This document shows positions 1-11,160 of a stretch of DNA of 64,000 bases, in pieces. Each line of letters opens with the position of its first letter. Position 1 is the first letter of the stretch. Below the pieces are notes generated by a model. That model had not been told where the DNA came from. It did not search any database and saw only the letters and a list, made by a program, of their open reading frames with translations. A program made the position numbers and the translations under genes. Origin of the DNA: Squalus acanthias (lineage: Eukaryota); the NCBI GenBank assembly GCA_030390025.1, contig CM059432.1, positions 105,526,001 through 105,590,000 of the forward strand. The letters run 5' to 3'.

Positions 1-470
1 AGGACCCCCAGATCCCTTTGTACTGTAGTACTTTCCAGTTTCTCGCCATTAAGATAATAACTTGCTCTCTGATTTTTCCTGCCAAAGTGCATAACCTCAC
101 ATTTTCCAATATTGTATTGCATCTGCCAAATCTCCGCCCACTCACCCAGCCTGTCTATATCCCCTTGTAGGTTTTTTATGTCCTCCTCACTTTCTACTTT
201 CCCTCCCATCTTTGTATCATCTGCAAACTTTGATATGTTACACTCGGTCCCCTCCTCCAAATTGTTAATATAGATTGTAAAGATTTGGGGACCCAGCACC
301 GACCCCTGCGGAACACCACTGGCTACTGGTTGCCAGTCCGAGAATGAACCATTTATCCCAACTCTCTGCTTCCTGTTAGATAACCAATCCTCCACCCATG
401 CCAGAATATTACCCCCAATCCAGTGATTTTTTATCTTGAGCAATAATCTTTTATGTGGCACCTTGTTGAA
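1..470 (-). mobile_element. CR1 LINE ORF2 (RT) fragment, running off the window start
   Basis: Closely parallels 43501-43970, the reverse strand of a CR1 RT region ([10 protein letters not shown] and KFADDTK motifs). Confidence 0.85.
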
Positions 471-489
471 TGGTGCCACATAAAAGAAG

Positions 490-1560
490 GAGGGAAGTTG
501 ACTGTGGCCCTGAATTTATACACCTTGGGGTCATTCCAGGCTGCAATAGGTGACATTAGCAAAGTCAGTCAATTTGCTGGGTGTGATCCACATACATGGA
601 GTGGAGGTTGACCCTATGTCTGCGGATGATGTCGCCAAGGGCTGCATGTTGATGAGGAAGAGGAGGGGGGTCAAGGATAGATCCTTGGAGGACTCTGGAG
701 GTAATGGTGCAGGGGTGGGAAGATGCTCTGGCTATAATCGGATAGGAGAGCTGGACAATGGAGAATAGGCATTGGTTGAGGATGGAGTGGTCTACTGTGT
801 CAAAGGCTGCAGAGAGATCAAGGACAATGAACTGGGCTTATGTACTACAGTCAGAGAGGATGTTATTTGTGACTTTGATTAGGACTATTTCAGTGTTGTA
901 GTTGTGGCTGAAATGTGTTTGGAAAGATTCAAACAAGGAGTTGCTGGCAAAGATGGACATGGATTTGGGAGCCAACAACATGTTCATGGACTTTGGAGAT
1001 AAGAGGGAGGTTGGAGATGGAGCAATAGTTTGCAAGGACAGAGGAGTCAAGGGTGTTTTTTTAAAGGGGGGAGGTGATGGTACTTTTGAAAGAGACGTGG
1101 ACACCACCTGAGTAGACAGAACCATTTATAATATTAGATAGCATGGAGCCCAAGAGGGAAGTGGGGTAGTCAGTAGTTTGTTGGGAATGGGGTAAAGTGA
1201 GCAGGGATTGGGTCTCATGGATGAGATGAGCTTCAAGAGGGCATGGGGGAGATGGGAGATCAACTAGAAAGCTACATGGGTTTAGGACTAGGGCAGGGAG
1301 GAACTGGAGGGGGAGATTTGGCTAAGTGGGCATGTGGAAGAGGGGAAGCAGCAGAGGCAGCTGAATGAATGGTCTCAATCTTAGTGACAATAAAGTTCAT
1401 GAGCTCCTTGCATTTGTTGATAGTGGAAGAGGCAGGGGAGATGGATGGTAGTGGAGAGAAGAAGTCAAGGGTTATCTTTACTCTCCAGGATAATCTTGGA
1501 GTAGTGGGCTGCATCAGCAGAGAATACTGAGGCCCAAAAGCACTGGATGTGGTCCAGCCA
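490..1560 (-). mobile_element. Degenerate L2-type LINE ORF2 fragment
   Basis: Minus ORF 838-1125 reads SNSLFESFQTHFSHNYNTEIVLIKVTNNILSD, resembling the L2 RT motif FQSGFR..HSTETALLKVTNDLL. Boundaries approximate. Confidence 0.65.
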
Positions 1561-2074
1561 ATCTGGTGATGGATGACTAAAGCAGTTGTGTGTCCAAAAT
1601 AACTGAAGGAGAGAGGAAAATTCAGTGTACTGTTTATGCTCTGAATTTCATTTGCACCAATCAAAAATGAAGCAGTTCCCCTTTAAGGAATCACTTCTTA
1701 AAAGGCTTGAACAGTACTGGCCTTTAATGTCCATTATATATTGATGGTCTGAGCAAGCTTCACGATCTCTGCATGTAAATGAGATTTCATGTGATTTCAT
1801 GTGGCGTTTCATTAACCTGCCATTAAAATTAAATTGCAAGGTGATTAACACTGGTATTCAACCAGATAGGAAATTTGGGCATTGTGCTCTTTCAACCAAT
1901 AGGCAGTGATTTTGAAATCTCCGATCTCGGGGGGGTTGTAGGCAGTGTTCCCTTTAAGCTGCGTGGCTCCAGGGGTCCAGCACAGCCAGTGAGCTGGCTT
2001 TTAAATTGAAAAAAACGTCCATGCATGGACTTTAGAATGGGCTGTGTGGCCCCCAAAAAATTACAGCGAATATT

Positions 2075-2372
2075 GGATGTCGGATGCCTCCAATTCTGGC
2101 CTCTTGCACATCCTCAATTTTCATCGCTCCACCATTGGCAGCCATGCCTTCAGCTTCCTCGGTCCTAAACTCTGGAGTTCCTTTTCTATTCCACTCTGCC
2201 TCTCTACCTCTCCTTCCTTTAAGATGCTCCTTAAAACCTCAATCTTTGACCAAGCTTTTGGTCACCTGTCCTAATATCTCCTTATGTGGGTCGGTGTCAA
2301 ACTTTGTTTGATAATGCTGTTGTGAAGCACCTTGGGAAGTTTTACTATGTTAAATGCAAGTTGTTGTTGTTG
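2075..2372 (+). mobile_element. L2 LINE 3' end / L2-tailed fragment
   Basis: IGSHAFSFLGPKLWSS..SFKMLLKT is an L2 ORF2 C-terminal motif, followed by a 3' UTR and a (TTG)n tail. Confidence 0.65.
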
Positions 2373-2439
2373 CTATTGGAGATGATACCATCTAATCAAT
2401 GTGACACCCCACAGATCATCTACCCTCCATATCTTTTGT

Positions 2440-3110
2440 CCCATGGAGGGAAGGTACCCAACATCCCATCCTCATCTACTGATGCTACCTCATTTTATAT
2501 TGAGGGGAAACGGTACTCTGGAATCGGAATAGTTGTCATTTTCCCCTTCCTCTACCTCCATGGAGTTCAGTTTGCTGTGAGCACCTATTCTGCACAATGC
2601 GGTGAAGTTGCAGCTGTTGCCACTGCCTTTAAACTCCCTTTGTCCTCCGATTGGCACCCTTGGACTAATATGTCTCTGTGTGTTGTCTCCTCTTCCTTGT
2701 GTAACTCATTAACTGAATTCTTCCTTGTTTGGCTGACCAGTGTTTTGTATCCTCTGATAGTAAAACTGTCTACTATACACAGCTGTTCGGTATATTTCTG
2801 ACCTCAGAATCCCTTTTGGTATCATAGTCAAAAGGGTTAAGCAACATTTTTGGACCCTCCCTCCGCACACCCCACCCCCTGGAGTCTGATAAGGCAAGTA
2901 ATGATTGTGCTGATTGCCTCACATGTTGTGGTGTCTAATGGGGGGAGCTTTGAAAACCTTGTCTGTCATCCTCACCCACTCCTGTGGCCCCCATAATGAC
3001 ACATTGGGATAAGAATCAATAGGATAGTGCCCAGTGCCCATGAAGCATTTCTGAATCACAAGGAAGGGAATGATCCAGTCACTAAAGAAATCTGTGGAAA
3101 CTAATGACCT
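2440..3110 (+). pseudogene. Possible degenerate retroviral/LTR-element RNase H remnant
   Basis: TDATSFYIEGKRYSGIGIV..SAQCGEVAAV and a later HKEGNDPVTK resemble the RNase H motifs TDGS..SAQ.AEL and H.KG..GN. Heavily decayed. Confidence 0.35.
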
Positions 3111-3748
3111 TAACTTGTGCCTCCCCCTGATTTTTGACCACGCTTGAATAAATGAGCTGTTCAACAGAGCCATAACCACAATTGGCTTTATTTCAAGCCT
3201 CAAATTATTTATAAAATTAGTCAAGTATGAGTGTAACCAGCATTCCATACTGGTGATAACCTTCTCATTTACACATATTTATTGCTTTGGTGACTTTCAC
3301 ATTTTCAGGAGAGAAATGAGCACTGAAGTGTTTAACATGGCGTGTGGCATGCGCACTCTCAGTACACGCCAGAAGTGTGCTGCATGCCATTCTGGTTAGG
3401 GCACCCTGTAGACCTCCAGATTGCCTGCCGGAAGCAGGCATTAGGGCCATTGCCTATGCAACTCGAGGGCCTAACTTCTGTTTTAGGACACTTTGCCAAA
3501 TTGGGTCGCAACTGAATGCAACATGCCGTGTGCTTGCTGCGGTCAGTTTTCTCAGGTGCACATAAGGTAAACATAATGCTGCCCGCCATAATGGTATAGT
3601 CAAAAAAAAGGCATGCAGGGCATATGTCTGAAACAGGAATTACTCCCTTTGCATCTGAAAATAAAGGGCCTAACACAAAATTGGGTTGTCCTGAACGCAT
3701 CCGGTGCTGTCCATTTGTAGGATATCTGGAACAGTTTGTGTTAGGGAA

Positions 3749-4075
3749 TGGTGGCATAGTGGTAATGTCACTGGGCTACTAATCCAGATGCCTGGATTAA
3801 TGATCCAAGAGACGTGAGTTCAAATCCCACCATGGCAACTGGGGAATTTAAATTCAGTTAATTAAATAAAATCTGGAATAAAAAGCTAGAATCAGTAATG
3901 GTAACCATGAAACTATCGGATTGTCGTAAAAACCCATCTGGTTCACTAATGTCCTTTAGGGAAGGAAATCTGCTGTCCTTACCTGGTCTGGCCTAAATGT
4001 GACTCCAGACCCACAGCAACATGGTTGACTCTTACCTGCCCTCTGAAATGGCCCAACAAGCCATTCCATTCCATT
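3749..4075 (+). mobile_element. tRNA-like Pol III head plus core forming the 5' end of a LINE
   Basis: A-box TGGCATAGTGG at 3752-3762 and B-box GAGTTCAAATCC at 3816-3827. The same sequence occurs inverted at about 56605-56910. Confidence 0.7.
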
Positions 4076-4099
4076 CAGTTGTAACTAATATAATAAGAA

Positions 4100-5601
4100 T
4101 GAAACCGGATGGACCACCCGGCATCGACCTTGGCACCGGCACACCCAGCCCAGTCGACCCTGCAAAGTCCTCCTCACCAGCAACTGGGAACTTGTGCCAA
4201 AATTGGGAGAGCTGTCCCACAGACTAGTCAAACAACAGCCTACTCACAGAATCATACCTTTCAGCCAATGTCCCAAACTCTTCCATCACCATCCCAGGTG
4301 TGGTGGCACAGTTGGGAAGGAGTGGCCCTGGGAGTCCTCAACATTGACTATGGGCTTCAGGCCAAGCATGGGCAAGCAAAACCTCCTGCTGATTACCGCC
4401 CTCCCTTAGCTAATGAATCAGTACTCCTCCATGTTGAACACCACTTGGAAGAAGCACTGAGAGTAGCAAGGGCACAGAATGCACTCTGGGTGGGGGGACT
4501 TCAATGTCCATCACCAAGAGTGGCTCAGTAACACCACTACTGGCTGAGTCCTGAAGGACATAACTGCCAGTCTGGGCCTGCGACAGGTGGTGAGAGAACC
4601 AACACAAGGGAAAAACCTACTTGACCTCGTCCTCACCAATCTACCTGTCGCAGATGCATCTGTCCATGACAGTATTGGTAGCAGTGACCACCGCACAGTC
4701 ATTGTGAAGACGAAGTCCCGTCTTCACACTGAGGACACCCTCCATCGTGTTGTGTGGCACTACCACCGTGCTAAATGGGATAGATTCAGAACAAATCTAG
4801 CAGCTCAAAACTGGGCATCCATGAGGTGCTGTGGGTCATCAGCAGCAGTATTATATTCCACCACAATCTGTAACCTCATGGCCTGCCTTATCCATTGCCA
4901 AGGGACCAACCCTGGTTCAATAAGGAGTGTAGAAGAGCATGCCAGGAGCTAGCACCAGGTGTACCTATAAATTTGATGCCAACCTGGGGAAGCTGCAACA
5001 CAGGACTACATGCATGCTAAAAAGCGGAAGCAGCATGCTATAGACAGAGCTAAGCGATCCCACAATCAACAGATCAGATCAAAGTCCTGCCACATCCAGT
5101 CGTGAATGGTGCTGGACCATTCAACAACTAACGGGAGGAGGAGGCTCCATGAATATCCCCATCCTCAATGATGGTGGAGCCCAGCACGTGAGTGCAAAAG
5201 ACAAGGCTGAAGTGTTTTCAGCCAGAAGTGCCGAGTGGGGGGTCTCCTCCTGAGGTTCCCACCACCACAGAAGCCAGTCTTCATCCAATTTGTTTCACTC
5301 CACGTGATATCAAGAAACGGCTGAGTGCACTTGATACAGCAAAGGCTGTGGGCCCCGACAACATCCCGGCTGTCGTGCTGAAGACTTGTGCTCCAGAACT
5401 AGCCGCGCCTCTAGCCAAGCTGTTCCAGTACAGCTACAACACTGGCATCTATCCGATAATGTGGAAAACTGCCCAGGTATGTCCTGTCCACAAGAAGCAG
5501 GACAATTACCGCCCCATCAGACTACTCTCAATCATCAGCAAAGTGATGGAAGGTGTCATCGACAGTGCTATCAAGCACCAATAACCTGCTCAGTTTGGGT
5601 T
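4100..5601 (+). mobile_element. CR1/jockey-superfamily LINE ORF2 (APE endonuclease and RT start), left part, frameshifted
   Basis: NLLDLVLTN..SDH (APE) and KAVGPDNIP..NYRPIRLLSIISKVME (RT). Interrupted at 5601 and resumes at 11465. Confidence 0.85.
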
Positions 5602-6913
5602 TGTAGGGGGTGGTGGTGTGTGTCAGCTTCACCTCTGACTTATGAGCGGTTCGAATCGCTCCCACTCCCTTTGTTCTAGACCGTGGACTTATTTGGGGGT
5701 TGTGACAAAAAGTGCAGCAGACAACTGGTTTTGGTGCAAGAAACTTTGATCTTTATTCAAGAGAGAAAAATTTAATACTCTAATAAAATGGGGAACACTT
5801 CGATACACATGAAGGAAATTACAGTAGAAAAATACCTCACCCCTCCCAATCCCACTTTATTAGCTAAGTTGGGCTCTAGAGGACCAGGGATAATGCTCAC
5901 CAAACGACTCCTTGACAGTTGAGCTGGTTCGCGGTTTCGGGGTTTGCTGGATGTGTTGGTTGGTGCCTGCCATACCCCGGATGCGGTAGAGGACGTCAAC
6001 TGCGTATCTGGTCAGTCTTCGCGAGTCCGCTGATGCGGTAGGGTGTATATTGGATTTATCGGGTGAGTACCCACTTTTCTTCGGTTAGAGTTAGGGTTTA
6101 GAGTCTTTTGAGTAAAAATCTTACCCAGGGGTAAGTCAGGGATAGATTGCAGAGTGGAAAACTTGCGAGTCTTCGGTTTTCTCCTGAGTTGGTTTTCTTT
6201 GGTTGCGGTGGCCCAATATTACCCGGTTGGTTGGTGGTAATATTCGGTTGGTTGTTTCGTAAGGCCCTTGTTGCCGCGAGGTGTCTGATGGTCACTGGAA
6301 CTGTTGTTCTGTTCTCTTCTTGTGTGTTGACCTGCTTCTAGAACGGTGAACTTCTTCGAACTCGATGACCTCCTGATTGTTGTAACTGTGTAACTGCTCA
6401 ACTCTCTTTCTTGAGAAAAGCAGGCCTCCAATTATACTAATTGGGGCCTCCTAATCTGCGCACCAAATCAGTCCCAGTTTATTGTAAGATTTTGGCGGGC
6501 TCATCAATAGTAATTTGTTCATGAATGTGTGAAATGGTTTCGGGATGGTTCCATGAGCTGTTGAGCCGTTTCTTGATTGTAGTCATCGTGCTCAGGTTTC
6601 GAGTTTCCTGACTGGGCCTGAGATTTCTATGGAGTGGGGCTAGGTGATTTGTTTTATGCATGTTTTGGATGGGTCCTGTAATTTGGGTGGGGACTGCTCT
6701 TCCGTGGGTCTATTGTTAGAATGTAAATTGTCTGATAGGGGCTGAGTGACGTTAAACAGTTCCCCAGACAATTTGTTTTACTCCAATACCCAAACTGTCT
6801 TTACAGAGGTTGAACCCAACTCCTGTTGCAGCCTTTTTCTTTACAAGCCCAAACATGCCTTTATAAAATACCAAATCTTGGTTTTTGACCTTGAATCTCC
6901 CTCTGTTAGGCCC

Positions 6914-7107
6914 TGTCGTAAGAATGAGCCTTACGCGTGGTGAACTTAAAGTAAGCTTTAATCAACTAAAAAGGTGCTACATACAAAAGAGGTCTTACTC
7001 TATGCCTCTCCAGCATCCAACTGATCAGTCCAGTATTTATCCTGGACTAATCACAGGAAGTGATGCAATAAAGTTCGAGTCACAGGAAGCTGTATTGTGT
7101 TACCACA
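6914..7107 (-). repeat. Gypsy 3' LTR
   Basis: Direct repeat of 11161-11354; adjacent to the polypurine tract (GGGGGGGGGGAGAA on minus). Confidence 0.95.
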
Positions 7108-7126
7108 TTCTCCCCCCCCCAAAAGA

Positions 7127-10100
7127 TTAGGAGGCCGGGATGCTCCCTCCATTTCGTAGCCGCTGGATGAGGGAGAGCCGCACCCGTTTGGGTTCTCGTA
7201 GCGGTAGAGGGCCCCTAGCCCGTTTACCCGCCGCGGGCCGTGGACCAGAGTCCGAGTGATCCAGCCCGCTCTGTGAGGGGTCAGGACGATCCTGACTGTG
7301 TACTGGTGCCCGAACGGGTGTCGGGCAGGGCTGTGGCAGATCCGTTTCCGAGCGTACGGTACGGGGTGGATCGTGGCTGCGCGTGCGAGCCCCGACGGGC
7401 TCATAGTCAGTCTGCCCCAGGTCGGCACGCTGGAGTGAGGTACCAGCCGGCGTCAGATCCAGATCGTGATGAGAGGCACCTGGCGAGCCCAGAGATGTGC
7501 CTGGTACAATATCATCCCCTAGTGTCCCTCTATGTTTCGGCGGGCAGGGAGCCAGATCCCGCAATGACACGGTAGATTCCCGACCGTCAGGATACCGAAT
7601 ATAGGCGTAGGTAGGGTTGACGTCAGTGAGCTCAACTTCATCTACCAGGGGGTCATTCTTAGACGCCCGGACATATCTTCGGAGTAGCACTGGTCCCGGT
7701 GTAGTCAGCCACGACGGGAGAGATATCCCATAGGATGAGCGACGCTGAAATCGGAAGAACCGTTCATGAGGCGTCGTATTTGTGGCGGTCGAAAGGAGGG
7801 ACCGTGTGGAGTGTAATGCGTCTGGAAGTACTGCTTCCCATTGCTGGTTGGGTAGGCCCCGAGATCTCAAAGCCAGACGTACCGCATTCCAGATGATCGC
7901 GTTAAAACGCTCGACTTGCCCATTCCCGACCGGATGATAAGGCGTCGTTTTGCTGGCAGCAATACCCCGTTCCGAGAGATAGGCCTCGAGTTCTCCTGAC
8001 ATAAAAGAAGGGCCCCGATCCGAATGAACATAGGATGCCATGCCACAGAAAGCAAATACCTGCTCAAGGCAGCTGATAACCGTGGTCGTCAGCATATTGG
8101 GGCAGGGAAAGGCAAACGGAAAACGGGAATACTCATCGACCATGGTCAACAGATAAGTGTTGCGAGTTGAAGAGGGCAACGGCCCCTTAAAATCGATGCT
8201 AAGCCGTTGCATTGGCTGGGTCGCATGTATGAGTATACCACCCGAGGGGCGGAAAAACTGAGGTTTCAATTCCGCACAGACTCTGCAGTCCGAGCACATC
8301 TTCTTTACATCCCCGGTAGAGAATGGGAGATTTCGGGACCGCACGAAGTGTAGCATGCGAGTAACGCCCGGATGACACAACCCATCATGGATGTCTATGA
8401 GCGTAGAGGGTGCCATGGCGGAGCAGAATGCTCGTGTGAGGGTATACGGAGCCACATTCTCCTTGCCAGGTCGATAGTGGATGGTGTAACCAAAAGAGGC
8501 CAATTCCAGCCGCCAAAGCTGGATTTTATTATTTTTAATTTTGGTCCGTTTTCGATTATCGAGCATGAAGGCGACCGATCGCTGGTCCGTGATTAAGGTA
8601 AAGTGCTGGCGAGCTAGGAGATGACTCCACTTCCGTACTGCCTCTATGACGGCTGTAGCTTCTTTCTCGACTGGAGGATAATGTAGCTCAGCCCCTTGAA
8701 AAGTCCTGGACAAAAATGCCACCGGACGACCTTCCTGATTCAGAGTGGCCGAGATCGCCACCTCCGAGGCATCACACTCAACAACAAAAGGAAGACTCTC
8801 ATCGATGGAGTGAAGAGCCGCTTTCTCCAACTGTTTTTTCAGGAGGTTAAAGGCTGCAACAGACGCTGTGTCTAGTGGGAATGTGCTGGCCTTCAATAGA
8901 GGTTGGATTCGGTCCGAGAAGTTAGGAATCCATTTAGCATAGTATGCAAACAGGCCGAGGGCCCGGCGCAAGGAGGCCGGATTCTTAGGTGGCGGGAGTT
9001 CCTGGAGTGGGCGAAGCCTTTCAGGGTCAGGTTTAATGATGCCATTGCCCACACAATAGCCAAGGATGTTGATGGTTGGTTGTGACTCAATGGATTTAGC
9101 CGCATTTAATGTCAAATTACGGTGCTGGAGTGCATCCCAAAATCGTTGGAGATTGGCGTCATGTTCCCGCTGATTGCGACCTGCGACAGTAATATTGTCC
9201 AGATAAGGAAACGTATCCTTCAAGTCTTCCTGTTTGACCAGGTCATCCATTGCTCGCTGGAAGACAGCCACTCCATTAGTGACCCCAAAGGGGAGGCGAC
9301 GAAATTGATACAGCCGTCCATTGGCTTCAAAGGCCGTATACTGCTTGTCTGAGACCTTCAAGGGTACCTGATGATAGGCACTTTTCAGATCATATGTTGA
9401 GAACACCGTGTACTCAGCCAGTTTATTAACCATATCATCGATGCGCGGCAATGGGTATGCGTCCAAGTCCGTATATTGATTGATGGTCTGTGAATAGTCA
9501 ATGCACAGCCGTTTCTTGTGAGGTTGTAGAGGGTTCTTAACAATAACGACCTGGGCGCGCCATGGCGACGAACAAGGCTCGATGATATCCTCTGCTAAAA
9601 GCCGAGAAATCTCAGCCGCAATAAAAGACTGGTCTTCCTGACTGAAACGTCGTGACTTTGTTATAATCGGTTTGCATCGAGGAGGGATACTGGTAAACAG
9701 TGAGGGTTCATCCAGTGAAGCTGCTGACAATGCACAGAACGGTAATCGAGGTCGTATATTAGAAATAGTGAGTTCAGGTTTCGATCCGCCGAACTCAATG
9801 GTGAGCTTCTTATGCTGCTTTTGAAAATCCAGCCCTAAGATAAGATCACTACATAAATCCTTGAGCACCGAAAGCCGGGTGGAGGGATACCTGTGACCAT
9901 TAAGTGTTATTTCCACCATACAAAAGCCAGAAATTCTGGTATTAAGTGATGACTGAGCCATCGCAACTGCCTGGTCCGATGGGAAAACATGTAGCTTTAA
10001 CTCTGCAACAATCTGTTCCCTAATGAAACTATCAGTGCTACCTGAGTCAATTAAGGCATCTAAAGTATGTCCATTAATTGATGCTTTTGTAGCTGCATGG

Positions 10101-10357
10101 AATAGGTTCTGAGGACAAGCAGGTGTAATTGGTGTCGTTGCACAAAGAGTGGCTGAAACTCTAGGTGTGTTTCTTCGAGAGGAAACCCGAGAGGAAGCAC
10201 GATAGATGTTAGCCGGAACATCTTGATAGGCCCTTACCGGGGCAGTTCGGTAGGACTTAGCTTGATAAGCCCTCGTAGAGGCTCTTGATAGGCAAACCTT
10301 TGCAAAATGACCCTTTTTGTTGCAATGACTGCAAAACGCATTGCGAGCAGGGCAGAA
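7127..10357 (-). CDS. Gypsy pol portion (second CCHC knuckle, protease, RT, RNase H, integrase)
   Basis: The 944-aa ORF 7127-9961 extends upstream in frame without stops through ALIDSGSTDSFI (protease) and CSHCNKKGHFAKVC. RT has YDLKSAYHQ and YLDN; RNase H has CDAS..EKEA..TDQ; integrase has H..H..CxxC, IDF..SDRG..GQVER. Confidence 0.93.
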   Translation of the reverse strand, partial: FCPARNAFCSHCNKKGHFAKVCLSRASTRAYQAKSYRTAPVRAYQDVPANIYRASSRVSSRRNTPRVSATLCATTPITPACPQNLFHAATKASINGHTLDALIDSGSTDSFIREQIVAELKLHVFPSDQAVAMAQSSLNTRISGFCMVEITLNGHRYPSTRLSVLKDLCSDLILGLDFQKQHKKLTIEFGGSKPELTISNIRPRLPFCALSAASLDEPSLFTSIPPRCKPIITKSRRFSQEDQSFIAAEISRLLAEDIIEPCSSPWRAQVVIVKNPLQPHKKRLCIDYSQTINQYTDLDAYPLPRIDDMVNKLAEYTVFSTYDLKSAYHQVPLKVSDKQYTAFEANGRLYQFRRLPFGVTNGVAVFQRAMDDLVKQEDLKDTFPYLDNITVAGRNQREHDANLQRFWDALQHRNLTLNAAKSIESQPTINILGYCVGNGIIKPDPERLRPLQELPPPKNPASLRRALGLFAYYAKWIPNFSDRIQPLLKASTFPLDTASVAAFNLLKKQLEKAALHSIDESLPFVVECDASEVAISATLNQEGRPVAFLSRTFQGAELHYPPVEKEATAVIEAVRKWSHLLARQHFTLITDQRSVAFMLDNRKRTKIKNNKIQLWRLELASFGYTIHYRPGKENVAPYTLTRAFCSAMAPSTLIDIHDGLCHPGVTRMLHFVRSRNLPFSTGDVKKMCSDCRVCAELKPQFFRPSGGILIHATQPMQRLSIDFKGPLPSSTRNTYLLTMVDEYSRFPFAFPCPNMLTTTVISCLEQVFAFCGMASYVHSDRGPSFMSGELEAYLSERGIAASKTTPYHPVGNGQVERFNAIIWNAVRLALRSRGLPNQQWEAVLPDALHSTRSLLSTATNTTPHERFFRFQRRSSYGISLPSWLTTPGPVLLRRYVRASKNDPLVDEVELTDVNPTYAYIRYPDGRESTVSLRDLAPCPPKHRGTLGDDIVPGTSLGSPGASHHDLDLTPAGTSLQRADLGQTDYEPVGARTRSHDPPRTVRSETDLPQPCPTPVRAPVHSQDRPDPSQSGLDHSDSGPRPAAGKRARGPLPLREPKRVRLSLIQRLRNGGSIPAS

Positions 10358-11082
10358 TTTCGAGGGTGAAACTCATCACCACAAAAGAAGCATTTCTTAG
10401 ATTGCCAAGAGGCTGCCACAGTGGGGTCATCATCCTCTTCATCAGTGAAGTCATCAGATTGATCGTCAGGGATAAAGACCTCCCTAATAGAGTTCACCTG
10501 TGGCCTCTTAAATTGCCTGACTGTAGTTAAGGCAGTAGACCGAGGTCTGGGCACTGTATAAAGGTCTGCATTTCTTTTTGCCAGATCTAGAGAGCAAGCC
10601 ATGTCATAAGCTCTCTGAAGCTCAAGTGTCTTACTTTCCAGTAGACGCTGGCGTATAAATGGGGAGGCAAGCCCGCAGATGAAAGCATCACGGATCATTT
10701 CTTCACGGTACAGCTCAGCTGAGGCCGCCTGAAAGTTACAGTCCATACTAAGTCTGCGAAGCTCTTGGAGGAATTTATCAATGGATTCCTCCGGCCCTTG
10801 TTGGGCTGTAGCTAGTAGATGTCTGGCATAGACCTCATTCGGTGTCTTAGTATATAGTCTCTTAAGCGTCCGAATTGCCTCCTCGTAACTGCCCCATTCC
10901 TCCACATACTGAAATACATTCGGGGTGACACAGTTGATGAGTATCCGCAACTTTGAGTCATCATCAGCCTTGCAATATTCCAGAAAATTGTCAAACGTGC
11001 GATACCAGTGTTTCCACACCTTACCGGCTGCTGGGGTGTTTGGGTCCAAGTCAAGACGCGATGGTTTAAGGATGTTTTCCAT
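10358..11082 (-). CDS. Gypsy gag portion, joined to pol by a 1-nt frameshift inside the first zinc knuckle
   Basis: MENILKPSRLDLDPN..IRDAFICGL..CFFCGDEFHPR. Adding one A in the run at 10358-10360 restores CFFCGDEFHPRKFC and a single gag-pol ORF. Confidence 0.88.
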
Positions 11083-11160
11083 GATGGGTGATTCCCTGGA
11101 TCCTTAGTTCCGAGTTCGTCCAAAAAGTTTGAGTGCGAAGTTTTCCAAAGTTGATTAAAT

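Noticed and set aside
3749..3835. tRNA gene
   Set aside because: A and B boxes only, no convincing cloverleaf; it is a SINE/LINE head.
6885..7130. Near-identical ORFs at 6885-7130 and 11171-11380
   Set aside because: Simply translations of the two Gypsy LTRs.
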